Assembly: GCA_030602375.1 (NCBI GenBank)
Contig: JAUVZV010000002.1
Span: forward strand, 1-59,235
DNA: 59,235 nucleotides
Direction: 5' to 3'
Origin: Chloroflexota bacterium
GTDB taxonomy: Bacteria > Chloroflexota > Dehalococcoidia > Dehalococcoidales > JAUVZV01
The first letter of the stretch is position 1; the number at the start of each line of letters is the position of its first letter. Of this stretch, positions 18,500-26,901 are shown one piece after another. The notes under the pieces are model-generated. The model ran no database searches. It was given only the letters and a program-made list of their open reading frames with translations, and was not told where the DNA came from. The position numbers and the translations under genes are program-made.

Positions 18500-19699
18500 C
18501 TACAGGATAGGGCCAGTGCTGTACATTACTATTGGCTCCCGATAACCGGAACGCATCTCTCGCTTGGTCAGCTTACCGCAGGCAACTGCAATGACCTCCT
18601 CAAAGAGTCGCTCAGCCACCTGGTCAACGGTTTCCTTGCCCTCAACGATGGTGTCAGCATAGATATCAAAGAACTCCTTTTCTTGGCTGTCTCGTGGTTT
18701 GCTGGGACTGCTGACCACAGCTATCTGAGGGAGTATCGGAATTTCACCACCCCAGCCGGCAGGGCAGCGGAAGCTGGAAGTAAGCCCACCACCGGTACTA
18801 TAAATATGAATCTGAATCCCAGCGGCAGCTTCTCCGGCAATCAGTTCGCTGGTCATTGCTGAGCCATCCATAAAGAACAGCCCTTTACTTTGAGGCTTTT
18901 CGGCATACTCCAGCACGCCCTGCAAGGGGGCGGTCCCCGTTTTAGCTAAGGCGCCCAGTGATTTCTCCTCAATGGTAGTGAGTCCCCCTTCGATATTGCC
19001 GCGTGTAGGTTGCGAACCCCTGATATCTACACCGGTGGCTTTAATCCTTGCCTCCATTCTTTCTACTGCTTCCTCCAGCCTCATAGCTACCTCCTTGCTT
19101 ACGGCTCTTTTGGCCAGCAGGTGGGTAGCCCCGATAACCTCTGCTGTCTCCGAGAAAATGGCAGTACCTCCTTCGGCGATCAGGCGGTCAAAAACCTGAC
19201 CTCCAGCAGAATTGCTGGCGACGCCAGAAACAGCAGAGGAACCACCGCATTTAACCCCCAGTGTCAGATAGCTTAAGGGGAAGGGTTTTCTCTGCATCTG
19301 GCATGCCTGGGATATCATCTCGTGGACTAATTCCAGCCCCCTATCCATTAGGTTCTGAAAGCCTTTGCTCTCCATAATGGTCAAGACCTCAACTGGTTTT
19401 TTGCTCTTGGCTATCTCCTCACCAATCTGATAGGGAGTTGGATTCTCGCAACCAACACCCACCACTATGGCGGCGGCGACATTGGGATTGCTGCCTAAAC
19501 CAGCCAAAGTTCGTAGTGCCCGTTCGTTATCTTCTTTAAGGTGGACACAGGGATGGGTATGTAGTACTGGCATGGCGCCATTGACTGAGTCGGCAATGGT
19601 CGCTGCCATCTCGTTGGCGCATCTGCCACTTGAAATCACCGCCACATGGTTACGCACTCCAACTGAACCATCGGGTCTTTCGTAGCCTAGAAATTCCAT
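18500..19699 (-). CDS. UxaA-family (altronate/galactarate dehydratase) large C-terminal-type subunit; SuyB-like
   Basis: 399 aa starting MEFLGYERPDGSVGVRNHVAVI, a typical UxaA/GarD core start. It overlaps the SAF-domain ORF by 13 nt. Confidence 0.75.
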   Translation of the reverse strand: MEFLGYERPDGSVGVRNHVAVISSGRCANEMAATIADSVNGAMPVLHTHPCVHLKEDNERALRTLAGLGSNPNVAAAIVVGVGCENPTPYQIGEEIAKSKKPVEVLTIMESKGFQNLMDRGLELVHEMISQACQMQRKPFPLSYLTLGVKCGGSSAVSGVASNSAGGQVFDRLIAEGGTAIFSETAEVIGATHLLAKRAVSKEVAMRLEEAVERMEARIKATGVDIRGSQPTRGNIEGGLTTIEEKSLGALAKTGTAPLQGVLEYAEKPQSKGLFFMDGSAMTSELIAGEAAAGIQIHIYSTGGGLTSSFRCPAGWGGEIPILPQIAVVSSPSKPRDSQEKEFFDIYADTIVEGKETVDQVAERLFEEVIAVACGKLTKREMRSGYREPIVMYSTGPIL

Positions 19700-19995
19700 T
19701 GCTTTACCTCTTTTGGGGGAGGCAAAAGAACACTCTCCACATTATGGACATGCACATAGTCCCCCTTATTAATTGGCTGCGTAGCCAAGCCGATAACCTC
19801 CCCATATTTTAGAACCTTTTCTCCCTGGCCAATATTAGCTAAAGCCAATTTGTGCCCAAAAGGTATAGCCTGCTGAGCTTTAATCTCACCGACTGGCCCT
19901 GATTTTGAGGCTAACTTCACGCTGTCTCCGGCCTCAATATCCTCAAGAGCAATAGCAGTGTTATCTTTAGGATTTATCTTCAGTGCTTTTTTCAT
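19687..19995 (-). CDS. UxaA-family small SAF-domain subunit; SuyA-like
   Basis: 102 aa reading KINPKDNTAIALEDIEAGDSVKL..GHKLAL..GEKVLKYGEVIG. It shares a 4-nt ATGA overlap with the upstream Fe-S gene. Confidence 0.7.
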   Translation of the reverse strand: MKKALKINPKDNTAIALEDIEAGDSVKLASKSGPVGEIKAQQAIPFGHKLALANIGQGEKVLKYGEVIGLATQPINKGDYVHVHNVESVLLPPPKEVKQWNF

Positions 19996-21296
19996 CGTAG
20001 TAGCTCCATAAGATGCATCACCTTAACTGGCATTTTATTCCTTAGCATACCATCAATTAATTGCAACTCACAGCCATGACAACTACTGACCACAATATCG
20101 GCACCGGTTGAGAAAATTGCCTTAATCTTCTTATCAGCAATCTTCTTTGATAGCTCGTAATAGTAGATACTAAAAGTTCCTGCCATACCACAACAACTAT
20201 CAGCATCAGGCATTTCAATGTATTCGACACCCGGTATTGACTTGATAATCTGTCGTGGCTGGTCTTTTATTTCTAGATGACGACTAAGATGACATGGGTC
20301 ATGCCAGGTAATCTTCTTACCTCTTACCTCAGGCGCCACTTGGTAGATTGAGGCTGGTAGTTTCAGGATGTCAACCAAAAACTCAGAGATGTCCTTCACC
20401 TTATTCCCAAACTTTGCATAAGCCTCTTTCCGCTCCGGGGTATCGGCGAGGAACCTTACGTAGTCCTTTAAAGACGAGGTGCAGGTAGCGCAGTCCGTGA
20501 TTACATAATCTATACCCTCAAAGGCTTTTAGGTTGCTGTCAGCTAGCCTTCTCCCGGTCTCAAAGTCCCCGGCCCCAAGAAATACTGCTGCCCCACAGCA
20601 CCCCTGTTCTTTTGGCACCACCACCTCTACTCCGTTCCTGGTAAGAAAATTGACCACGTGCTTTCCCAGCTCGCTAAAGACAAAGTCAGTCATGCAGCCA
20701 GTAAAATAGCCAACTCTTAGCTTGGTAGCAACGCCAGTGGGGGGTCTGTTTACCACTGGAAGTATCTGCCGCAGAAACTTGGGGGCAATTTGCGGGATAT
20801 TCCTACCCCTACCTAAAGCTGATAGAAAAAGGGGTAAATGCCTGATTGTCCCCTCACTCTTAGGCAGGAAAATGCCCTGAAGGAAGGAAACCAGTCGCAC
20901 CACATTGCCAAAGAGTCTGCGATGCGGCAACAGCCAGTGGTAGATAATACTATAGGGAAAGCCGATGCCCCTGGCCTTAACCGTATCGGCTCGGGCAGCC
21001 ACAATCACATCCGGGATATGGACGCTAACCGGACAGTTTGCGGCACAGGCCATACACAGGGTGCACTTACTCAGTCGGTCGGCAAACTCTTGGCTATATC
21101 CAAGGTTGCCAGCAAGCAGGCTCCTTATCATCATATTCTTACCTCGAGCCACTGCCGACTCCACTCGCTCCTCCCTATATACCGGACACCAGAAGGTGCA
21201 GAAGCCACACCTGGTGCACAACTCCAGGTCAGCCTCAAACTTCCTTATTTCTTCAAATTCTACTTCAGCCTTCGCCAGCACACTATGTTGTACCAT
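19992..21296 (-). CDS. GlcF-like Fe-S oxidoreductase (2x[4Fe-4S] + two CCG domains)
   Basis: Motifs CTRCGFCTFWCP, CTLCMACAANCP, GCCGAAVF and SCCGMAGTF are present. Confidence 0.8.
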   Translation of the reverse strand: MVQHSVLAKAEVEFEEIRKFEADLELCTRCGFCTFWCPVYREERVESAVARGKNMMIRSLLAGNLGYSQEFADRLSKCTLCMACAANCPVSVHIPDVIVAARADTVKARGIGFPYSIIYHWLLPHRRLFGNVVRLVSFLQGIFLPKSEGTIRHLPLFLSALGRGRNIPQIAPKFLRQILPVVNRPPTGVATKLRVGYFTGCMTDFVFSELGKHVVNFLTRNGVEVVVPKEQGCCGAAVFLGAGDFETGRRLADSNLKAFEGIDYVITDCATCTSSLKDYVRFLADTPERKEAYAKFGNKVKDISEFLVDILKLPASIYQVAPEVRGKKITWHDPCHLSRHLEIKDQPRQIIKSIPGVEYIEMPDADSCCGMAGTFSIYYYELSKKIADKKIKAIFSTGADIVVSSCHGCELQLIDGMLRNKMPVKVMHLMELLR

Positions 21297-22716
21297 CTTC
21301 CTCCCATATCTTGCCGGGATTAAGAATATTGTTGGGGTCTAGTATTCTCTTTATCCCCTTCATTATTTCAATTGCCAGTGGGTCCGCAGCCTTCTTAAGG
21401 AAGGGTTTCTTGTCCAAACCAATGCCGTGTTCTCCAGAAATGACACCGCCCAAGGTTAGCGCGGTATCAAATATCTCAGCCATCGCCTCTTTAGCTTTGG
21501 CAAAATTCTCCTTATCTTTAATATCCGTTAATATATTTGGATGGAGATTGCCGTCTCCGATATGACCCAAGATTGGGATAACGAGTCCATATTTCTGAGA
21601 TATCTCCTCTATCTTCTGAATAAACTCAACCAGCTTATCCCGAGGCACAGTTACATCTTCAACCATAACCGAGGGGGCAGTACTATAGATGGCGGCTTGG
21701 GCGGCTTTCCTCGAGTTCCAGTACCCGTCCGCTTCAGCTTCATCCTTAGCCACCCTGACTTCCTTGGCGCCACTCCTTTTCAGGATGCTTGAAATCTGCT
21801 TAGAATCCGCCTCTACAGTTGCCGGGGAGCCATCAGTCTGTATCAGCAGTAAAGCCTTGGCTTCTACAGGTAAGCCCACCGGCATTATCTCCTCAATCCT
21901 TCGAATTAGAAAGTTATCGGCAATCTCAAGCTTGGCTGGTATCACCCCGCTGGAGAGGATATTAGTTACTGCCGCAGCAGCCACTACCATATCATCAAAA
22001 ATAACCACAATAGTTTTTCTCGCTGGTGGCAGCGGTAACAACCTGAGTGTTATCTCGGTAATAACTCCCAATGTCCCTTCAGAACCGGTAAACAGTGATA
22101 CCAACTCATAGCCCGTCCGGTTCTTCACCGTCTTGCTGCCAACCTTCATCACGTAACCACTGGCTAAAACCACTTTCAACCCTAGAACATATTGCTTGGT
22201 CACGCCGTATTTGACACAATGAGGACCACCAGCATTCTCAGCTACCATACCACCCAAGGTGCAACTCAAGAAGCTCTGAGGGTCAGGGGGGTAGAATAAA
22301 CCCTCTTTTGAGAGGGCGTTGTTAAAGTCTTGAAGAACTAGGCCTGTTTCCACAGTAGCACTTAGGTTATCTTTGTTTATCTCTAAGATTTTGTTCATCC
22401 TGGTGGTGCAGAGCACGATACCGCCCTTTATAGGGATGGGACCACCACTAAGACTGGTGCCACCTCCTCTAGGTGTAACCGGAATCATTTTTTCATTTGC
22501 CAGCTTCAGAACCCCTGCGACCTGCTCGGTAGTGGTGGGCAGTACCACTGCCTCGGGCATATGAGTCCAGACTGACGTGGCGTCATAGGAATATGCATTG
22601 AGGTCCTCTTTAGTGGTTAAGACACCCTCTTTACCTATGATTCTCTTTAGTTGGGTTATAGTCTCACTTGGTAGCACGTCAGCCCCCGCCGAAGAGTTTT
22701 GCAAAGAAGGTGTCAA
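21283..22716 (-). CDS. FAD-linked oxidase, GlcD / D-lactate dehydrogenase-like
   Basis: 477 aa with the FAD motif VTPRGGGTSLSGGPIP. The start is uncertain: TTG at 22716, or GTG ~13 codons in. It overlaps the GlcF-like gene by 14 nt. Confidence 0.8.
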   Translation of the reverse strand: MTPSLQNSSAGADVLPSETITQLKRIIGKEGVLTTKEDLNAYSYDATSVWTHMPEAVVLPTTTEQVAGVLKLANEKMIPVTPRGGGTSLSGGPIPIKGGIVLCTTRMNKILEINKDNLSATVETGLVLQDFNNALSKEGLFYPPDPQSFLSCTLGGMVAENAGGPHCVKYGVTKQYVLGLKVVLASGYVMKVGSKTVKNRTGYELVSLFTGSEGTLGVITEITLRLLPLPPARKTIVVIFDDMVVAAAAVTNILSSGVIPAKLEIADNFLIRRIEEIMPVGLPVEAKALLLIQTDGSPATVEADSKQISSILKRSGAKEVRVAKDEAEADGYWNSRKAAQAAIYSTAPSVMVEDVTVPRDKLVEFIQKIEEISQKYGLVIPILGHIGDGNLHPNILTDIKDKENFAKAKEAMAEIFDTALTLGGVISGEHGIGLDKKPFLKKAADPLAIEIMKGIKRILDPNNILNPGKIWEEDGTT

Positions 22717-22798
22717 GAAACTAGGTCAACCGACACCCTGATTTTATTACCTGTAAAACGAAATATTAAAGCCTATGCCCAAACTGAATAACCTGCTT

Positions 22799-23983
22799 CT
22801 AATCTCTATCCCAGGCTTTGCTATGTCTCTTTACAATCTCTTCCAGTTTCCGCCGATAATACTTAAAGTTTTCAAAACTAGTTTCGGGGGATACCAAGTG
22901 GTCAATGTGAGGTATATACCCTCCATGCTTCAGCATAAAGGGAACCTTAGCTTCAAGCTCCCGATCAATACTCTCTTTACTTTGTCCATCGAAGGTAACC
23001 CTCTTATCAATACCACCCATAATGCCCAGCTTCGGGAAGGCCTTTCGTATCTCTACGATATCCATATGAGCGGCAACTTCACAGGGGAAAATAGTTGTTA
23101 CCCCTCCATCAATCCATAGAGGGATTAGCTTCCAGACATCGCCGTCAGAATCAACGACAATGACCTTCACCCCTTTTGCTTTCAGGAAACTGGTCAGTTT
23201 CTTGTAACCGGGCAGAATGAATTCCCTGAAGATAGCTGGTGATACTAACGGCCCCCCTTTGTAGCACATATCCTCCCAAATGAACATCCCGTCTACCTCT
23301 ACCTCTTTAAGTACACCATCAAAAAGACTTATCCAGAAATCAGCTAGATGGTTGTTCATGTCTTTCATCAACTCTGGGTCGTCATAATACATTGTAAGCA
23401 CGCCAACCTCACCGAGCAAAAATCGAGGTGTGCCGAAGAATCCGTGACGCTGACCGAGCCACAGGGGATAATCCCTGTTCCTATACTCCCGGACTAACTC
23501 CGGCCAATTGGTCGGTAACCGGCCCTCTAAAGTAGGGCGCAGTCTCTCTGTCTTATAGTGTTCCCAGTCCTCTCTGGTCTTCACTGGAGTACCGACGATC
23601 GAGGGTAAAGTGCCCCTGTTTTTAATCTCCTTCTGTAAGCAGCCATCTGGGTCCTGCCGAATAAACCAATCACCGTGGTCTTGAACAATCTTTTCCTCAA
23701 AGGGAGGGTAGGCCCCAATATTCAGGGGTATTCGTGTCACTGCACTGTCCATCTTAAAATAATCATGAACATCATGGTCAGCGTATCGCCCGGGGAGAAG
23801 ACCAATGGCCTCCCCGAAAACACCAAACGCTCCGGTAACATTATCTGGAATGCCCCTGAATTTCGGTAACCCCTCCTTATACCAGCGTCTTAGCGTATCC
23901 GCCCAGTAACCAGCTTCCCAAAGCGGGACTCTGTCTGGTTTCTGAAAAGTCATTGTTGCCAAGAAACGTTCCCGAGTGTTCAT
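22799..23983 (-). CDS. uroporphyrinogen decarboxylase (URO-D)-family protein, second copy
   Basis: 394 aa starting at ATG 23983. The N-terminus MNTRERFLATMTFQKPDRVPLWE is typical of URO-D/MtaA-like family members. Confidence 0.5.
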   Translation of the reverse strand: MNTRERFLATMTFQKPDRVPLWEAGYWADTLRRWYKEGLPKFRGIPDNVTGAFGVFGEAIGLLPGRYADHDVHDYFKMDSAVTRIPLNIGAYPPFEEKIVQDHGDWFIRQDPDGCLQKEIKNRGTLPSIVGTPVKTREDWEHYKTERLRPTLEGRLPTNWPELVREYRNRDYPLWLGQRHGFFGTPRFLLGEVGVLTMYYDDPELMKDMNNHLADFWISLFDGVLKEVEVDGMFIWEDMCYKGGPLVSPAIFREFILPGYKKLTSFLKAKGVKVIVVDSDGDVWKLIPLWIDGGVTTIFPCEVAAHMDIVEIRKAFPKLGIMGGIDKRVTFDGQSKESIDRELEAKVPFMLKHGGYIPHIDHLVSPETSFENFKYYRRKLEEIVKRHSKAWDRD

Positions 23984-24071
23984 TATTGTCCGCCCCTACC
24001 TTTAACTATCATAAAATTTATACGATTATATCATATATAAATGGGAAATTATCGCCGTAGTTTATGAACAT

Positions 24072-24086
24072 ATTGTGCGGCACAAT
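24072..24086. promoter_or_regulatory. 15-nt palindrome ATTGTGC-G-GCACAAT (operator-like)
   Basis: Exact 7+1+7 inverted repeat in the 126-nt gap between the enolase-2 and URO-D-2 genes. The 1-nt loop is too small for an RNA hairpin. Confidence 0.3.
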
Positions 24087-24109
24087 TAGGACTAAGCAAA
24101 CGGGGCACA

Positions 24110-25198
24110 TTACTGACCGGTGTAGGGATGTCCCTTGACTACATCCTCGTCTATTTCAATGCCAAGGCCGGGCTTGTCAGGCACTGTAAGATACCCTCTT
24201 TCTGGCCGAAGGCAGGGCTGAATGAAAGATGCTGCCAAAGGTATGGCATTGGCCTCGACATACTCGTTGGTCATGTTGCTGAGGCTAAGATGCAGCGTGG
24301 CGGCCACGCCAGGACCAAAGCAAAAGCAATGGGTTGCTATCTGGAGGTTCCACGCCTCAGCAAGAGCAAATATCTTGCCACACTCCAAGATACCCCCTGA
24401 CTTTATTACGTCCGGCTGAATAATATCCACCGCACGCTTAGCTATCATATCCTTAAATCCGTAGTGGGTATATTCATTTTCACCGGCGGCAATCAGGATA
24501 CCAGACTTGTCCTTCACATAGGCTAGCCCATCGTAGTCATCCATAGGTGAGACTGGCTCCTCCAACCACAATACCCCGTATTCTTCCAGTACTTTGGCTT
24601 TTTCAACTGCCTGCCGCGGAGTCCAGGCACCATTGACATCCACCATGAGGACAATATCAGACCCAACTGCCTGGCGTACTGCTTTGACCGATTCGATATC
24701 CCTCTGATGGAGTTTGATGGCGGTGTATCCCTGTTCCACACAACGAACAGCAATGGTAGCCACATCGCTGGGCTTCTCATAGCGGAGAAGGCTAGCATAG
24801 GCTTTTATTTTATCCCTGCATGGTCCCCCGATCATTTCGTAGACGGGGAGATTTCGCCACTTCCCGATTATGTCCCATAGGGCAATCTCCACCCCGCTGA
24901 TAGCGTGCAGAGTTATCCCCTTCCTTCCGTAGCGAAAGGTTATGTTATACATCAGGTCCCATAATCTTTCGATATGCATTGGGTTTTCACCGATGAGGTG
25001 GGGCTTCAGCCCCTCTTCGATAAATGTGCTAACAGCACCAGGGGTGAAACGAAAGGCTTCGCCATATCCTGTTATGCCTTCATTGGTAAACACCTTAACT
25101 AGAACGTGATAAGCGCTTGCCTTACCATTGCTAGAGAAGGGAGGAGTCTCCTTTAGAGGAATAAATAGCGGTATTGCTTTAATATCTGTGATTTTCAT
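24110..25198 (-). CDS. enolase-superfamily protein, mandelate racemase subgroup, second copy
   Basis: The start is probably ATG 25198 (MKITDIKAIPLF), with an alternative ATG at 25219. Motifs are MVDVNGAW, WLEEP, AAGENE, IQPDVIKSGG and ATHCF. Confidence 0.8.
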   Translation of the reverse strand: MKITDIKAIPLFIPLKETPPFSSNGKASAYHVLVKVFTNEGITGYGEAFRFTPGAVSTFIEEGLKPHLIGENPMHIERLWDLMYNITFRYGRKGITLHAISGVEIALWDIIGKWRNLPVYEMIGGPCRDKIKAYASLLRYEKPSDVATIAVRCVEQGYTAIKLHQRDIESVKAVRQAVGSDIVLMVDVNGAWTPRQAVEKAKVLEEYGVLWLEEPVSPMDDYDGLAYVKDKSGILIAAGENEYTHYGFKDMIAKRAVDIIQPDVIKSGGILECGKIFALAEAWNLQIATHCFCFGPGVAATLHLSLSNMTNEYVEANAIPLAASFIQPCLRPERGYLTVPDKPGLGIEIDEDVVKGHPYTGQ

Positions 25199-25227
25199 TG
25201 TCTTAGCTGCCCCGAGCATGTCAAGCC

Positions 25228-25245
25228 AGGCTACTAAAGTAGCCT
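25228..25245. repeat. 7-bp stem / 4-nt loop hairpin
   Basis: aggctac taaa gtagcct, lying 9 nt from ATG 25219 and 30 nt from ATG 25198 of the enolase-2 gene. Confidence 0.5.
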
Positions 25246-25404
25246 AGACCCTTCCAGTGTAACATTTGGTTCACTATACCACCTCACTGATAGCGAATCA
25301 AACGTCTTTCTGTACGAGCCGCGATAGTAATAGCGGGCCCAAAACGCTAGAATGTGTGGCCTAAGCCTGCACAGCATCAAACAATGGGGTTAATCAGCAT
25401 AACC

Positions 25405-25779
25405 CTACCCCGTCTGTTGACGGGCAAACCACTCCACTTTTTCAATATCTTTAGGGTCCAAACCTTCGGTGATTTCAGCCACCCATAGCATTAGCCTGAA
25501 CAGGTCGGCATCGATTTCATCCTCAGGTGGACGTGGCTCATAGCGATCCCAGAAACCATAAACGATCGCCATTGAAGGATACCCACGGCCAAGGTCAGCG
25601 AGTTCTAAGGCGTATAGATGATCGTGCTGAGACCTCCAGTAGACACGGCCAGCACGTATACCAGTAACCCGCTCAATAGCTTCCGCAACGTCTGGACGTA
25701 CGTCTAGTTCCTGTTCCCATAGTAGCGGGTCAGCACGCAGGCAAGATAATTCTTCAGTAGTTGGCGTAATGAATTTCAT
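25405..25779 (-). CDS. hypothetical acidic protein (124 aa), translationally coupled to the dehalogenase-like gene
   Basis: It shares an ATGA start/stop overlap with the upstream gene at 25776-25779. I recognise no family motif. Confidence 0.5.
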   Translation of the reverse strand: MKFITPTTEELSCLRADPLLWEQELDVRPDVAEAIERVTGIRAGRVYWRSQHDHLYALELADLGRGYPSMAIVYGFWDRYEPRPPEDEIDADLFRLMLWVAEITEGLDPKDIEKVEWFARQQTG

Positions 25780-26705
25780 AATAGCCTCCCCACAGTCCGA
25801 TTGAGAAATTTGACGATAGCATGAGCAAGGTCGGGACCTCTGTCATCTTGAAGGAAGTGAGCTGCCCTGTCGAAAGTAATAGGGCCTTCAGCATGAGGTA
25901 GCAACTCTTTTAGTCGATTGGCATACTCGATGGTGAAGACATTATCCTCGGGTGCCCAGAGAAGGATAGTAGGAACCTGGGCTAGTTCGGGTAGGCGACG
26001 TTCAATGGCAAGCATATCATCCCACCCGCGGTCACCCTCGCGCATCGGGATAGTACGTGGCCATGTAAGCACAACATGATCGGAGTCCGGCTCACCATAA
26101 ACATGATGGTAACCCCGGGCTTCATCCTCCGTCATACCCCGTTTTGTGGTCACTGACGGGCCGTGTTGGGAAAGCACTTTCAGACGTTTCATAAAATACT
26201 GACCAATCAATGGGGCATGCCAGGTTGTCCAAGGTCGAGGCGAAGAATGGAAACGGCCAACATAGCCTGTAAAAAGCCAGGTATTCATTAGGACAAGCGC
26301 TGCCAGCCGCTCTCGACGCTGCAGGGCAGCACCAACACCTTGCGGTCCGCCCCAATCCTGTCCGACGATTACAAAGCCGCGCAGTTGAAGTTGGTCGATG
26401 AGAGAGACTAGATCCGCGATATGATGTGCCATGGTAAGTGCAGCATCAATTCTCGGGTGATCCGAATAGCCAGAGCCAATCCAGTCGGGTGCTATCACCC
26501 GATAGCGGGCTTGCGTAAGTGGCTCGATAAAGTCCCGGTAAAGAAAGCTCCAGGTGGGGTTTCCGTGCAGTAACAGTACTGGCCGCGCTTTGCCGTCACC
26601 CTCATCTAAATAGGCCATAGTTCGTCCATTGACTACAATAGCCTGCTGCTGCCATGGATATAATGGTTTGAGCCAATCTGGCTTTGGCGCTATCTCTCGT
26701 TTCAT
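25776..26705 (-). CDS. haloalkane dehalogenase-like alpha/beta hydrolase
   Basis: Motifs are LLLHGNPTWSFLYRDF, the nucleophile elbow VGQDWGGPQG and C-terminal RAAHFLQDDRG. I prefer the ATG at 26705 (MKREIAPK), 11 nt after AAGGAGG; the track starts at 26717. Confidence 0.7.
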   Translation of the reverse strand: MKREIAPKPDWLKPLYPWQQQAIVVNGRTMAYLDEGDGKARPVLLLHGNPTWSFLYRDFIEPLTQARYRVIAPDWIGSGYSDHPRIDAALTMAHHIADLVSLIDQLQLRGFVIVGQDWGGPQGVGAALQRRERLAALVLMNTWLFTGYVGRFHSSPRPWTTWHAPLIGQYFMKRLKVLSQHGPSVTTKRGMTEDEARGYHHVYGEPDSDHVVLTWPRTIPMREGDRGWDDMLAIERRLPELAQVPTILLWAPEDNVFTIEYANRLKELLPHAEGPITFDRAAHFLQDDRGPDLAHAIVKFLNRTVGRLL

Positions 26706-26801
26706 ATTCAGCATCACCTCCTTTTACTATTTGAGCCGTTTTGGCTAGCAATTAGTTCTGGACACTGTGCTCAGGCTATTCATATATCAATCTTTGCCTT
26801 G

Positions 26802-26830
26802 ATTGTAATATTACTGTGCTGTATCGTCAA
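26802..26830 (-). promoter_or_regulatory. sigma70-like promoter (TTGACG-17-TACAAT)
   Basis: The minus strand reads TTGACG atacagcacagtaatat TACAAT, about 95 nt upstream of ATG 26705. Confidence 0.4.
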
Positions 26831-26901
26831 AAAAGCAGCACTATATTCTGCAAACACACATCGGTGATGTGCATACTTTATAATATAGCAAGGGGGTTTG
26901 G

